Assembly (NCBI RefSeq): GCF_000150275.1
Contig: NW_002060946.1
Span: 1,198,497-1,262,496, forward strand
DNA: 64,000 nt
Source of the DNA: Trichoplax adhaerens
Lineage: Eukaryota; Animalia; Placozoa
Direction: 5' to 3'
This document shows, one piece after another, positions 40,196 through 54,558 of this stretch. How positions within the stretch are numbered: position 1 is the first letter of the stretch; each line of letters begins with the position of its first letter. A program made the translations under genes and the position numbers. Below the pieces are notes generated by a model, which made no database searches, was not told where the DNA came from, and saw only the letters and a program-made list of their open reading frames with translations.

Positions 40196-41798
40196 CTCTG
40201 CATACAACCTGTAAAGAAAAAAATAATATAACGAGTACTGTCTACACAGCGAGATCACGATCGTGCTATCCATTTATGGGTTATTTTCCATTATCATTAA
40301 AGCATAATACTGATCAATATTGCATTGAAAATCAAGACTATTTAATACAGTATACAGTACAATCCATGATTCAATTTGTCCTTTTATAGTATGACTGCTA
40401 GTTCAAGACTAGAATAGCACAATATACAATATGGATACATAGGTGAAATGTTTTATTATCGCCAAGTATGTAGAGATGGTCGATCAATAAATGCATGGAA
40501 TCATGAAGAAAGGCAGAAAACCTGCAAGTCAGCACGCTCTAAACGAATACTAGCATAAGTTTGATTTCACTTTTAACCGAAACAATTTGTTGACACGGTC
40601 AACGATATAGTTCATTCCTAATACCTACTGGTATCAGGGGCTACTGAAAGAGAGAAGATATTATGCTACTAGAATTAGAATGGGACCGAATCTGTGCATT
40701 GCATTCTTTGTTACAACTTGGTATGGTATTTTTTTGGCTACTGGTATTGATGTGACTGTAGCCACTGTTCCTCCATCAGCTATGGCCATGAGGCCATGAT
40801 GATGGTGTATTTTCACTGTGGTTGAAGTAACAACTTGTTGATCAGGCTTTGTATTGTAGACTTGGCACGAGTTGTATTTACCTTTTTTTTTATCATTAAT
40901 GATGTTAAGTTGTTGAAAAGATTTTGGTCATCATCCTGGCATTATTTTATGGGCTGTAGGAACAAGTCGAGTGAGAAGTATAGAAACTACTGCAGACTAT
41001 TTGGTTAGATTAGCAAAATGCCGAGTCGTATTCATTGCATGCATGATATGAACCCGATCATAATTTGCACGCCCATCTGATTTGCAAGAAGAAACTGCGC
41101 ATTGCATTTTTGTTTTATTTTATCCGTCAGCAAGTATTCATTATTCCACGATTCGATTCTCGTTGATAGGACGACTAGAAATGTCTATTAGAGTATCGTC
41201 GATGAAGAGGAGTACGGTGATCCACTATCCCCAGTTGAGTACTGTCTCTATCTCAGAGCAACCTAAAAATCTATTTTCTTTTTACTTTCTACTGGGTATT
41301 TAAATGACTGCTATTGGAATTGCAATAACTTATAGCAATGGGGTTTATGCTATTTGTTAGTAAAATAAATAAATAAAGGAATTGCATTTATGCATGGATA
41401 CACTATCCATGTTATGGACAGTATACCAATCGCTTGAACAAGGCAAGGCAGTCTAGTCATTGTGAAGCACTTGTGCTACTACTCTCCGAGGAGGTCGCAT
41501 TGATGGTTTGTCGTCATTGTAGGCTGGTTTTCGCTTGATTTCCTATCCATGGCTTGATAACAATCGAGATCCGTCTATCATGACATATCTAGATACGCAT
41601 ACTTACGCTAATTTTTGGATCCAATTGAAACTAGCTGGATAGCAAGACGGAGTAATTTCCAGCTACGCTGCAGCGATTTCTTCTTTCTCCTAGCGTAAGG
41701 TGATTAATAGGTTAATGGCAACGACGGTTTGGATTCAAGGCGGTAATCCAAGTCCAGATTGGCTTCACAATTGATGTTGACATGGCTACGGTATCACC

Positions 41799-41868
41799 TA
41801 CAGTACAGTATCACCTGTTTGCGCACAATACGTACTGTACAGTGTGCACTGTACACTGTACTGTACAC
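41799..41868. repeat. GTAC pentamer array in the EBPL/LIPE divergent promoter (scattered units continue to about 42330)
   Basis: tacagtacagta...gtactgtacagtgtgcactgtacactgtactgtacac. Confidence 0.85.
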
Positions 41869-42659
41869 TAGGATGATAGAAGTCCATGGTGCAGTTGCTG
41901 TGTACTGCATCGGACCAAAATGTGTAAAATAAATGTCATGTCATTTCTTGTTGCTAAAATGTAAACAACGCCTACATTTACGACATCTATTTTGCATCGA
42001 GGTGGATTGTATTGTATGAATAGACCCGTTGTGGTTGGCAGATTCAGGACTCTTCCAGAACCTCTGCGGTCTTGATAAATAAGTGTAGAAAATGACATGT
42101 ACTTTAACTATATAGTTTGAAGTAGATACTAACAGTGCTCAACTTGCTGTAGAGTAGTATTGTACTATGGACTACAACTACTGTAGAACATCGTTGACGG
42201 TGTACAGTAGGGGACAAAAATCCCTGGTTGTACTGTTTAGACTATGAGAAGAAGACTATAGTAGGTATTGTAGTAGTTCATCGCTACCAAGTTGGTTTTA
42301 CACAGTATGATGTCTAGTTACAGCTGTAGCGTATACTTCAATTGACCGTAAAAATCGCAGCTTCCATATGATTGTCTCCTCAGGGCCGCGTCCATCCTTC
42401 TCGTTTTCCGAATATTGAGCTGTCGCCATTGTATACTACTGCTATACAGTGTATTGAACGCCTATAACGTGTTATGTCGCTGACTGTACTTTCACTACTG
42501 TCTCGATCTTCGATTGGATTAATACGGGTGTTGTTATTTTTCTCGACCCCTTTTGCCCTTTGCCCTCATAGATTGATCAACTCCTAATGGAAAATTAGCT
42601 TTAATTGGCGAGTAGAGAAAGTATAACTTGTCCCTTGTTCAACAGAGTGGGTTTCCCTT

Positions 42660-45600
42660 ATGCAAAACGAGAGGGAACTGAAGGCGATGGAAGATAGCAA
42701 TGGATTTTCCTGGCAAAGAGGCGAAATGAAGAGACAAGAATCATCCACAGACGACGTCTTCTTGATCGAGAAACAAACCACTACTACTGCTGCTGGAAGC
42801 AATGGCCATTTCAATAAGCGATGCCATGATTCTTGTACCATCAATCAGACCTATTTCCAGCGTTGTATGGATCGACTTAAAGCTACAGCTAATGGCAATC
42901 ATTACTCACCCTTATTACAACTGTTAACTCAAATTGATAACCTTACCGACCAAATTGAAAATCATTTTATCTCCTTGGACAAGTTGTCCGATAGCGAGAA
43001 ATCACTGATTGGCTACGTCCAGTGTATCAAGATAGATATGATTCACTTAGTCGATCATCATTTATGGTATATATTAGATAGGATTCATACCTACGATTGT
43101 TGGCAAGATGGTACCAAAGGCAATGGCTATCGATCTGTTTTAACCGTGATGCAGTCATGCTTAGTTAAAATGAAAACAGTTTTAGCCAGTGTTCAAGTCA
43201 ACATGAAAAAATTACTCTTTCGTTTAGCCAAATATTTGACTGAATTGGAAGATTTTACGCGTGTTTTCTCTCATCTAGCCAGTATGTTACAAGCCATGAA
43301 ACAACTTATGATGTTAACATCGGACGGTCGATTATTTCATGAATTCAATAATACATCCCATGATTTTTTACAGCAAGTGGATAATTTAGATCAAGAATGT
43401 TTTTATGGCCGCGTTTTCGCATTTCAAGTAAGGCAAAGGACAATATTTATCTTTGTCCAATACTTGTTTCCCTATGAACCAGTCCAAATTGTGCTTTTGC
43501 AGTTTTACATTATTCTTTCACAAACTCTTTCGTCTCCGTTCATATGCGTATAGTTAATGTATCCAATCATGTCTAGTAGAATATATTAAACACATGCTTA
43601 CAGTAGATGCAATAGACGGTGATTAGAATCCAACAGGATTCATTTACCCTAAGTTTATTAAAGTTGGCGAGTTATTTTCAAATGTCAACTACAAGGCGCT
43701 TAGTAAAGTTGTCACAAATAGTCCCAATGATATTTTCCCTTCGAGTTGGATGGATTTATCCACTGAGTAAATTACACATCTTGTCACAAATTGAAGGATA
43801 CGAATTGTAATTTAATTCTCATTGACTCGTAGGAATAAAAGAAAACTCTTTATGCATTAACTGTACTGAGTTATTATTATTATTATTTCTATATCATAAT
43901 ACCAATCCTGTCTACTTTATTTTCTAACCTACTGAGCATGGACTACATTAATTAATTCCAAGTCTACTGGAGTGGTGTCAAAAATTGGTTCTCGTCTCTA
44001 TTTTACAAACACAGAGTAAAACCCCAGTAGAAACATCCAATTTTTATTACCTCCATTCATATCGTTTTTTTTTTCGCTTATTTATTTGTTTTATTTTATA
44101 AACATTTGATCACGCCATCTCATCATAGAAAATGAATAAAATGAACCTTATTTTCTCTTTCCCATATTTAATCAGACATGAAGCATACGCCCAGTAGATC
44201 ATCTATAGTAGTCAAATGATTCAAAGAAAATTTCAGTATAAAAGGATAAATCATTATTTTACAACTGTAATGTAAAATTTTCGACGTCTTCAGTCTATTG
44301 TGATTTAATTTGTGGTATCTAACCAACAATATCATAGGAAATTTTATCGCCGAAAATTATGACAATACCATTGCCCTATTTTTATTTTTTATCACCTCCT
44401 TATAGCGAATAGAACTGTTATTCTTGACGTCAATGCCAAACTGTGTTATATTGTGTCGTTATATCTTTATATTATTTGACTTGATTGAATTATCGCTTAA
44501 TGCTGCATTCATCTTGTTTCTGCCTATAGTATCCGGACTCGATCGCGAATTCTTTAAAAGTAATTAATCTTATGATGGCGGCCTATGGTGAAGCTTTTGC
44601 CCGTCATAATAATATTGCTGTGCGCGCTGCTGGTTTAGTATTGTATAGTGCCAAGTATTATTCGAATCCACAATTAAAAGCGAGACAAATTGTCGATTTA
44701 TCCAAAAATCAACAGATAGAATTTACTAAATCATTTTGGCAGCTGAACGAAAATCAGCTATTACGGGTAGGATTATATCAAGTACAATAATCATGATAAG
44801 CAAAGCATTCAAAAATATCTTATAATTATTAATTATACCATATTTTCTAGATACAATTATTTTTCTGAATATGCTAGCATTTGCAATCTTGAGTAGATAA
44901 TTCATTTGCCGTTAATAGTAATTAGCTAAGCCAGGCGTACCGTGGCTGAATAGGAATACTTTAGAAATTGCCTAATTGCTATTAATTAATTTTTTTCAAC
45001 ATGCGTATTAATCTATTTTCCTATAATGACCAGCATGTACCGTCTTTGCTGTGTAACTCGGTTGCCGTTAACCAAACCATTCAAGTTAAAATGGAAACGA
45101 TGAATATTCACAACACGGATAACAAACTGATGGTGATACCATTCCCTGGAAATAATCCTGATGCAGTGATCAATATGAGATTACTGTCATATTACGCTCG
45201 GAAAGGACAGGTAGATAATACGTCATACTACACCTATATTTGAATTTAGTATTGATCCTTAACGGTACTTTCTATTGAAAATTTAGGAAGTGAATAAGTT
45301 GGTCACATTTATGACAACGCTGCAATTTCGTGAAATGCCATACTCGAAAGGAATCGTAATCCATTTCCATGGCGGAGGATTTATTGCTCAGTCTTCCAGA
45401 TCACACGAGGTAATTTTTAAAATATGAAGTGTAATAAGAAATTAAATATTAATAGTAAATAGGATTAATCAAATCATTTCCTATTATACGCTCTTATAGT
45501 TATCTTATTGTACATACTATCTCTACATATACCAGTATAGACTAAATGCACGCTTACTTCAATTAGATTTATCTAAGGTCTTGGGTAAGAAATTTGGATG

Positions 45601-46520
45601 TGCCAGTTGTTAGTATAGACTATACCTTGTCACCGGAAGCTTCATTTCCTTACGCTATTGAAGAATGCTTTTATGCCTACTGTTGGATATTGCAACATAT
45701 TTCATTGATGGGTTCTACTGCAGAATATGTATGTTTGACTGGTGATTCAGCAGGTGCTACGCTTGCCGTATGTGTCGCTATGAGAGCTGCTGAATATGGT
45801 CTTCGAATACCTGATGGCATCGTGTGCTCATATCCTGCTTTCATGTTTAGAAATGCTGCTTCTCCATCACGTTGTTTGTCCTACTTCGATCCGTTATTGC
45901 AGCAAGGATTTCTAACAACCTGTTTGTCCGCCTATCTTGGCGTTACAGTCGACAACGCTCACGTAAATAAATCATCGACAACTTCCAATGGAATAGACAA
46001 AGTAGATAATGATAACATTGTTAATGGCGATATAGTAGATGAAAATAATAACATTCAGTGTACAAAAGATGTTCCTAAAAACGAAAGCAGCAGCCCAAGA
46101 CCAATCCTTTCCTTAACCGATCATGTACTTGATAATCCATATTTATCACCTCTTCTAGCTGACGATAATCTATTATCCAAAATACCGCCTATGAGAATTA
46201 ATGTAAGTTTATTATAAACTTCCAAATGCTATCGTAACAAGAAGATAGCAATTTTAACCGGGCACTAATCAACAGTGATTTGTTCATTCTTTTGATTACA
46301 ATTCCTATTTTAGGCATGCGATCTTGATCCAATATTGGATGATTCAATTGCATTTGCTCGACGTCTGAAAAGGGTTGGTGTAGATGTTCAAGTACGGGTA
46401 TTTTCTGAGTTACCGCATGGTTTTCTAAATTTTGTGTATATTAGTGAAGAAGCTACTGCTGCTTCTGATGAGATTGTCAGTCAAATGAAGTCATTTCTAT
46501 CTGATAGCACCTCAAGCTAG
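42660..46520 (+). CDS. LIPE: Hormone-sensitive lipase, 6 coding exons
   Basis: HSL_N motifs GNGYRS and QECFYGRVFAFQ; oxyanion HFHGGGF; SIDYTLSPEASFP; nucleophile GDSAG; NPYLSPLLA; catalytic D (LDPILDDS) and H (LPHGFLNF). Confidence 0.94.
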
Positions 46521-47336
46521 AGATGCAATCAGATAGTAATTGCAAATTTACGTCTTCGATAAAATTGATCATTTTGATATTGCACTCATTTTATCACAAC
46601 TTCGGTATTAAAAATATTTGTAATTTATATATATATTTGTGGAATAATTCCGAATATTTACAGTATAGCATATAAAGGATTATCTGTAGGAGATATTGTA
46701 CTGCAATAGGTTATCGTGGAAATTGTTAATTTATTCAGTTTTCAAGTAATGATAATTCTACGGTATAACATTTCTGGTTAATGAAACTGAAAAATAGATA
46801 TACATGTTACTGTATATTAATAGTAGATTTAGTTTGTTTGGAACTCTGGACATATGGATTTGAACTTTACCAATATTTATATTACATACACGCTTTCTAC
46901 ATTTATTCATGTAAGATGTGTGACGAGATATTTATGACACATTAGAAATATCAAAAGTTAATATTCATAGCATTTTTACAGTTTAACAATGGTCTCCTGT
47001 TCATCCTTATTTTGTTTTTAGCCTTATTAGCCTTTCTTATCTATAATGACTATTCACCTTAGGATACATTTTCAATGAAAATGTATCACAGTATGGCGAT
47101 CGTTTTTAGTATAACTTGAGGATAATAAATAAAAATCTAAGTAAATTTTCACTGAGCTAATGCTGATGACGAAATATTGAGGTGAAGGATTTGTACGGAG
47201 TATTTACATACATCAACACAGTCAAAAAAATTCCATAAGTACATACAGTAATGATATTAAATAACTTTTGAATAAGTTAGTTGTTTTAGAAGTATTTGTG
47301 GAAACTAAAACAATCAAAGTGGCTAATTCTGTAAGA

Positions 47337-49418
47337 TTATGTTGAAAATAGGTCATCTCTGCTATGATTACTTGTATCGTTATACAGTACTGAGTTGTCA
47401 TAGTCGATGTAACCTAAATTTATTCGACAAGCTTCAGGCCGTGAAGTGTTCGCCATTGATCGAAAGCTATTGTAACAGAAACAATGTATAGCAAATTAGA
47501 TTGCGAAAATGATCACATATTCAATATTTCAGAAAATGCGATCCAGTAGCAATTTATTTGTCTCACTAAAGGGAAAAATCAAACAGTATGATAACATTGT
47601 GTGTGTAAAGCCCTGCTCAAGGGTTCATTTCTAACCGTTTCGTCCATATTCGATATAAAATGCCTCCGATAATCACCAACAGACAAAATCCAACACTAAT
47701 CCCAATAGATAGCATTTGAGTCACGGATTGTCGTGTTTCATTAGCATCCACTGCTAGTAACAGAATTTAAAACTCATTAACTGCGTAATAAGTGGCAAAA
47801 AAAATTGAAATTATTAAAGCCCAAAATGACTTATTACCTGTAGTATTGACCCTAGTATCATTAATACCTATTTAGCGGTATGAGATAGTTGATTATTTAT
47901 TGATCATAAAATGATACATATATTCAACATGGATATAAAAGTATTATCAGAATTCTTACCGTGGCTATCGGAGAGACTATTAGTATGTGTTGGAGAAATT
48001 GAATTTAAGATTGTCGAAGTTTCTACATCAGGCTTAGAAGTTTGTGTTGCGGTAATCATTAAATCGGGAGAACATACGGTTGATGCGCTTGGAATTAATT
48101 TATCTGTAATCATAGATTCTTTCTTTATCGTTGTTGAGATCTCGATTTCTGTAGTTGTAGTTGGGTTAGTCGTAGTTTGTAAGGTTCCAGTTTCATCAGT
48201 TATCGTAGCAGATAGTATGTCAAGCGATGATGAAGTGGACGATGAACGGCAACATTTAAATGGAGAAGCTAAGAGTAATAATTACGTCGTTTAAGTAAAC
48301 AGAAAGTGACCAGAAAATTTGAATATCAAGTCAAGTTATAAAAATTTGCAACGTAAGGCAACTTACCTGCTCCAACGAGCAACATTAATTTTAAGCTGTC
48401 TCCAATGTAATCTCTAGAAAGCAAAGTGCAAGTGTAGCAATTTTGCGGCTTTAACCCCTTTAAAATGAGGGAAGTTTGATTTGTATCGGTTTGAATAGAA
48501 TGACAGAAATGGTTCGTCGATGCACACTCTACGACATAGTGATGCTTGTGATGATTATCGTCAGCATGAGACCAGGTGAATAGAGCAGAGGAATTAGAGC
48601 GATTAACAAGTTCAAAATGTTTCGGCTCCTTAGGTGGTACTACATTTAGACATAAAAATGGAGTAAATATAATAATTGTTGATTTTTTATATCGTGTCAT
48701 GCTAACTCTCTCTTCATCTACTTTTGGATTGTTAAATCATTCCATTACCTATTTTTACTGTAAGCATTATAAGAATAGTTAAATCACAATGAATATTTAC
48801 AAAGCTATACGTAGCGCACAAAATTGTAGTCATTTTTACGTTGTAGTTGATTATACAACATTAAGGAGACTTGTTAGTTTTTTATTTGTTGAAAATATCT
48901 AAAAATTGTAATGGTTGATTATTCACAATTTATTTACACCCGGCGCTTAGCAGAGAATGATGTATTTAAATAAATAATAAACTATTACCTAAGACATTGA
49001 GTTTAATAGTTTTTTTATCATCTTGCATAGCGGAAAAATACGAAGCAGCACATTTATAAATACCATCATGGCTTGTTGTGATATTGAGGATAGTGATCCC
49101 TATTGTAACATTTGTCATTGATTTGTTATAAAAGCTTTTAACGGTTGATTGATCTCCTTCGTCAATTAAATAATCTTTATTAGAATTCATAACCAATAAG
49201 TATGGTGGCCACGTCTTTTCTACTTTACCAAAGGATAATAAATCTAAAGGTCTTCCTTGATTGTCAATTAGCCTGGCTGTACATTGTAAACTTATAGTTT
49301 GATGGATTACCGGGGAAATTGGACTATTAGGTGTTATTATAACATCGCTCATGACATGAGCGATGTCTGCCAGAAAAATAACTATTACTAGAAAGAGCAA
49401 CGCCAATTTATTCCACAT
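47337..49418 (-). CDS. Orphan type I membrane protein: signal peptide, V-like Ig domain, FN3 domain, Ser/Thr-rich stalk, TM helix, short Tyr-rich tail (about 6 coding exons)
   Basis: Signal MWNKLALLFLVIVIFLA; Ig ISLQC...DGIYKC; FN3 PPKEP..FTW..YVVEC..LKGLKPQNCY; T/S-rich exon; TM MLSIGISVGFCLLVIIGGILY; tail ...NLGYIDYDNSVLYND...LFST*. Exons join with phase-compatible GT-AG introns. Confidence 0.8.
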
Positions 49419-52061
49419 TAATTAATTTTTTCTGCTATAATTGCTAGATGGCAATCTAAAATTTGAAATTATGTAAACTTTAATTTATTATTACTTTCTT
49501 TACATCAACAATTGTAGAAGTACATAAAATTCATTAAGGAAATTAGTTTGCTAAAGCTTTATGAACTTCTAAATTACACCAGTCGATATATATTTATTGT
49601 CTTATCCTTAGGCTAATTTAACAAAACAGTTTATGATGACATAAGCTACAATAAAATAAAGCTTTTATAATGACGAAATGCGAGAGAGTTAATTTATTAG
49701 TATCTAAAGCGGATAGAAGGGGTACAACCGTATAAATTATGAACTATCTCTGGCGGGTATGGTAGTCGCTGCTACCGTTAATACTACTCAATAAATTGTT
49801 TTATTCCATTCTTTTAGTAATCTCTGTACTGTGGCTCAACGGATGTTTATTATATTATTCAATAGACAATAACTTTTTATTACTATGTATTAAAATTTTA
49901 ATAACTTTATTTTATTATCAATTAACCTAGGTATACATAAATGATAATGGGGGCAGCATGAAGTAAGTACCTGATATTAAGTTGAAGGTTTGGTAAAACT
50001 GAAAGGTGGTACTGGATAAATATCTTCAGTCACCGTGGTTAATTTCAATGGTAAGGAATTATTCCATGTAATGGCTATACGCTGTCTTATATGCCTTTAT
50101 ACTGGCATTTTGAAAGTGTTGTTTATCATGTGTTCATTGGATTTTTCGAGTCTATTAATATCACGATGTATATTATTTATTTATAGCAGCGAATTAGTTT
50201 ACCTTATTTCACGTTACGTTGATTGCATGGTTGAAAGACGTAAATTATTGCTAAAAATAAATTAATGCTATGTAACCTTAGCATACGTACGCGTGGGCAG
50301 GTATATTTTATCTGTTACTATGTAGGGCGTTCTATGTCTTATATTGGTGATGTTGATGTTGTTTTTCGATAAGGACCACTCGACAACGAGTTGTTTTCCC
50401 CCTTCCTTATACTGCAGAACATGAGAAGAAGAAAAAAATTGATAGCGTAGTCCGTATTGTTAACAGGCTTAATATAGCAAAGCACACGATGTTGGCTTTA
50501 TCTTCAAATATGGGATCTACTCGCATAGTTTATATGGATCATAATTGGCCGTTTATGGGAATGTGAATACTTATGAGTATATTCTCCCCTTCTATACTTT
50601 AAGATTGCGAAGAAATTGGTGAATAGTCTCTACTTTTAACGGGGTTAATAGTGAAGGATACGATAATAACCGTGTCCTTAATATGTTATATACGGATTAT
50701 ACGTGCACATTGAGTATAGTCGTAATTTCTGAAATGGGAATACCGTTATTTTCTCTTTTTATAGATTAAATTAAGGAGAAATCATAAATACTGAAGTACT
50801 TTTAATTTTAGACAAGCTAATAGCAAAAGGGTACAACAATACTTCTATCTTTAATAGTATATGTGCTACATATATGTGCATAGAGAGAAAGAGAGAGATA
50901 CCATAATTGTAGTCTGTGAAATATTAAGTCTCTGACTATTATGTAATATCGCCTCTGTTATTGCTTCATAAGGGGATCAAGTTTCGGTCATTAGAGCTCT
51001 TTGCAATTTCTGTGATGAAGACAATTATAACCTTTTATCACACCCCATTGGACGTCATAGAGTGAAGAGAAATGAAAAATAATGCTATATTCAGCTATAA
51101 GTGGTTACTATGTCATCGTCTACGTGTAGTGTATTTATGTTTCCACTACTTCTGACAGTTACCAAAACAAATTTGAATACCAGTGTGATTTGTTGTTAAC
51201 TGCTAGGATATGCATATTGAACGGTGTAATATTAGCCTAGTAGAAATGTATTACTAGGTTAGAAGTATAATGAAAAGTTGATAGACTAAACAAGTTAAGT
51301 TTTCTGCTAATCTATCTCAATCATTTGGTAAATTTGAGCTGATATTTGCCAATATTTAAGCGATCAAATTCATATTGCGTAACTTAATTAAAGTACAGTA
51401 CAGTACAATGAGTGTACTTCTGGGCTTTGGATATTCAACTCCAATACCTAACTTAAATCATATCGAACCTCCTAGTTGAAAGCTTAATTTGAACATCTAC
51501 ATCTTATGAAATTGCGTTAGTGCATGGTAAAATTGGCATTGAACATATTATATATCATTCTCTGGACGCAGTTCAGCCCATGTCAGTTTGAAAATTCAAG
51601 ATCTTTTAGCATCTAATACCGATACTGCAATACGCTTATATGAAGATTGCTCGATGCTGTAGTTGCAAACGATACAACGGAGATTCAGGACTGAGAAGGA
51701 AATCTTATATTTAGATTTATAGAAAGTGATCCTCATAATATGGTAGACACTTTACCAGTCCTTCGTCAGCTGAGCTGGCAGGGAGTAAACGAATGATTTA
51801 ATTGTTTCGCCTACTGTTCATTTAGGTATCGTGACTATTTGTTCTGCTGTCGACTCACTTCAATACTTGTCATTCTCCATACTAGAAATTCTATGAAAAT
51901 TCTTTTAGCATCAGGTGCAGTCTTTGGTATTCATTTTAACCCTAAGCCTCCCTCCTTAAACTGCCGGCTTTTTGTACCCTCAACGGCAGTTTGTCCATTT
52001 TCTATTCGAAGTCACGGTTCTCTATCCCAGATACTATGTATTCAATAATTCATCTTTACAA

Positions 52062-52551
52062 TACTGTAAAGTGTACACTGTACAGTACAAGTCTATTTGT
52101 ATCAGAGGTCAAAGAGGTTTTTCTTTTACCCCTAGACAAACTAAAGTGATGACTAGAACCATGGACTAGAAGACCTTCCTCTAGTAGTCCATGCTAGCAC
52201 ACAAGATATCTGCTGTATTTCTCCATTTTTAAAACAAGCCCAACGTGGGAATAGAAGCTAACAAAAATATGTTGGCGACTTGCGGTTTTATTTCACTACT
52301 CTGCGATGCAACCGCAGACGATGGCCATGGTGTGCCAAACCACTGGTCTAACCCACGGCTTCTGACACAGGATGCATGCCTGCTGGTCGGGTGTGGTTGT
52401 TCAAGGTCAGGCGATGATGTCATTCTTTTAAGTTACGAACGCACCAACATTCCAACAATAGTGTACAGTGCACAGTGTACAGTATGCGCTGCGGCTTGAT
52501 TTCTGTATATTCACTGTACACTGTACGGTACCGTACGTACAGTACCAGTAC
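52062..52551. repeat. Two GTAC pentamer blocks (52062-52090, 52460-52551) flanking a GC-richer core in the Ig-FN3/EBP divergent region
   Basis: tactgtaaagtgtacactgtacagtaca; gtgtacagtgcacagtgtacagta...cactgtacactgtacggtaccgtacgtacagtaccagtac. Confidence 0.85.
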
Positions 52552-52771
52552 TACCTCCACCGGTCTGGTGGTTCGAGGCCATCAGCAACTGGAAAGTGTT
52601 GATTCAGAAAAAGCTCATCAATTGCTGAAGAGGAAGGTGCATCTCCGGTGGATCTTACTGCAGAATCGTGCTGATCGACAGAATTTGAGATATCGATTGT
52701 GCATTAGCAAACGTGTAGGCAAAATCTCAACGTGGTCAAGACACTTATATCTTGGATAGCAAGAGTACAGC

Positions 52772-54256
52772 ATGGCGGAAGCAAATCCTAGTCATCCATA
52801 CCACCCGAAAGACCTGGTCATACCCCATTATAGGCCAAATGATATCACTGCTTTGGATATCTTAACAGTCATGTTCTCCGGTTTTGGTGTTGTTTTTGTT
52901 GGTGCTCTCTTAATTAGTAGCGGAGCTCGGCGGCGATTATCATTTTTAGACAAGTTATCCTTTTCTTGGTTTGTATTGTGTGGTTTCATTCATATGATCA
53001 TTGAAGGCTACTTCTCTCTTTATCACCAGACTTTAGCAAATCACGACTTTTTCTTAGGCCAGCTCTGTAAGTCGGACGGTATCTGACCTTCTTCATGCTA
53101 CCGTAATAACATCCATTAAAACACTCTGTTTAAAATCGATGCTTGCCTAACACACTTGAAATAAGATTCCATGCTCATTTAGGGTTGTAATGCTATCTTG
53201 CATGTTGTAGTATGCTGACTGTCGTAGTTCTTAACAAGTCAACCTATGGATACTACTTTAATTATGATATAATATACGTCTAGAATTAATTATATATGTA
53301 CAGTATAATTAATTGAATGGATTGATCACTACAGTAGCAATACTTCTGCAATTACTACAACCTAGACAGTAGAGTAATTACAGTCTGCTCGAAATAGGAT
53401 GGCTTACTGTAGTAGTGATGAATCATGTATTACCATCGAAAACTTTCATCAAGTAACGATAAGTTGTTTATTTTAAATTGACAGGGAAAGAATATTCTTT
53501 ATCCGATAGCCGTTACCTAATGTAAGCAACAACAATTTTTTCTTTACCAATCCCTACAATTGAGTATCTCTATCCCACCAAAGTATCAAGCTATCAATTC
53601 CTTTTAGAAAGGCTTCAAGAAATGATGAATAGTGTATATATAATATTGCTAAGCTAAACATGATTTACCTTTGAATTGATAACTACTTCTATAAAAATTG
53701 ATGCAGTAGTTTAAACGTTATACAGTAGACTGCCTCAGCAATGCACATTATCGTGCCAAATTTCTACACGTTTTAAAGTGCAATTTTTGCGATAGATGGA
53801 ACTCACTGATGTAACAGTAATGGTTAACAAGATCGATGCATGAGTAAATGTACGCCTATTCATCATTAACGTACCTACGACTAATTGATCTCAACTTTCA
53901 TTTGTAGATCTGATAACTTTACCTTGTGTATGGAAACCATCACTGCGTTTGTTGAAGGTCCAGCGTGCTTCCTGTTAGCTTATGCTGTCATGACCAATAA
54001 GTCTTACAGAAATGTTCTGCAGTTATGTATCTCACTTGGACAGTTATACGGTGACGTTCTCTATTTTGCTACTGGATATCGTGATGAACATAAATACACC
54101 AGTGATTCCCATCCCATTTATTTCTATTTTTATTACTTATTTTTAAATATGTTATGGATCGTTATACCAACGATTCACATCATAGTTTCCTTTTATAGAT
54201 TAAGTAATGCGCAAGCATGCGTTGATTCTAAGAAGGTCGCTAAGAAAACAAATTAA
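52772..54256 (+). CDS. EBP: Sterol delta8-delta7 isomerase (emopamil-binding protein), 3 coding exons
   Basis: HPYHP, WFVLCGFIHMIIEGYF, QL|WKEYSLSDSRY, CMETITAFVEGP, SLGQLYGDVLYF, YFYFYYLFLNMLWIVIP, and C-terminal KKTN. Confidence 0.94.
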
Positions 54257-54558
54257 AACTCGTCAGTGAGCTCTACTTAATTTCATACTGCGTTTTAATG
54301 TGATGCTACTTCATTTGTCAATAAAGAACTAAGTTCTGGTTCATTATTATATCATACATTCAAAATATAGTTTGATGTCTGTTTTAGCTAGCTAAAATTA
54401 ATCAACAATAATATGTAGATTTAGACACTGATAGGAATATAGAATTGGTAATGGTATTTGCAAAATAAAAAAAATCGATTTTAATATTAGCGCTGTGTTC
54501 TTGATGATACATGCTGCAATTTTTCTTGTTCATATCCATATTCGAACATTTTACACCA

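Noticed and set aside
52160-52197. Hairpin followed by CTAG as a Helitron 3' end
   Set aside because: No spacer between hairpin and CTAG, the next base is not T, and no 5' end is identifiable.
52260-52440. GC-richer stretch with a tgcggtt/aaccgca stem as a tRNA or snoRNA
   Set aside because: No cloverleaf, A/B boxes or convincing C/D pair; better explained as promoter core. An Infernal/Rfam search would settle it.
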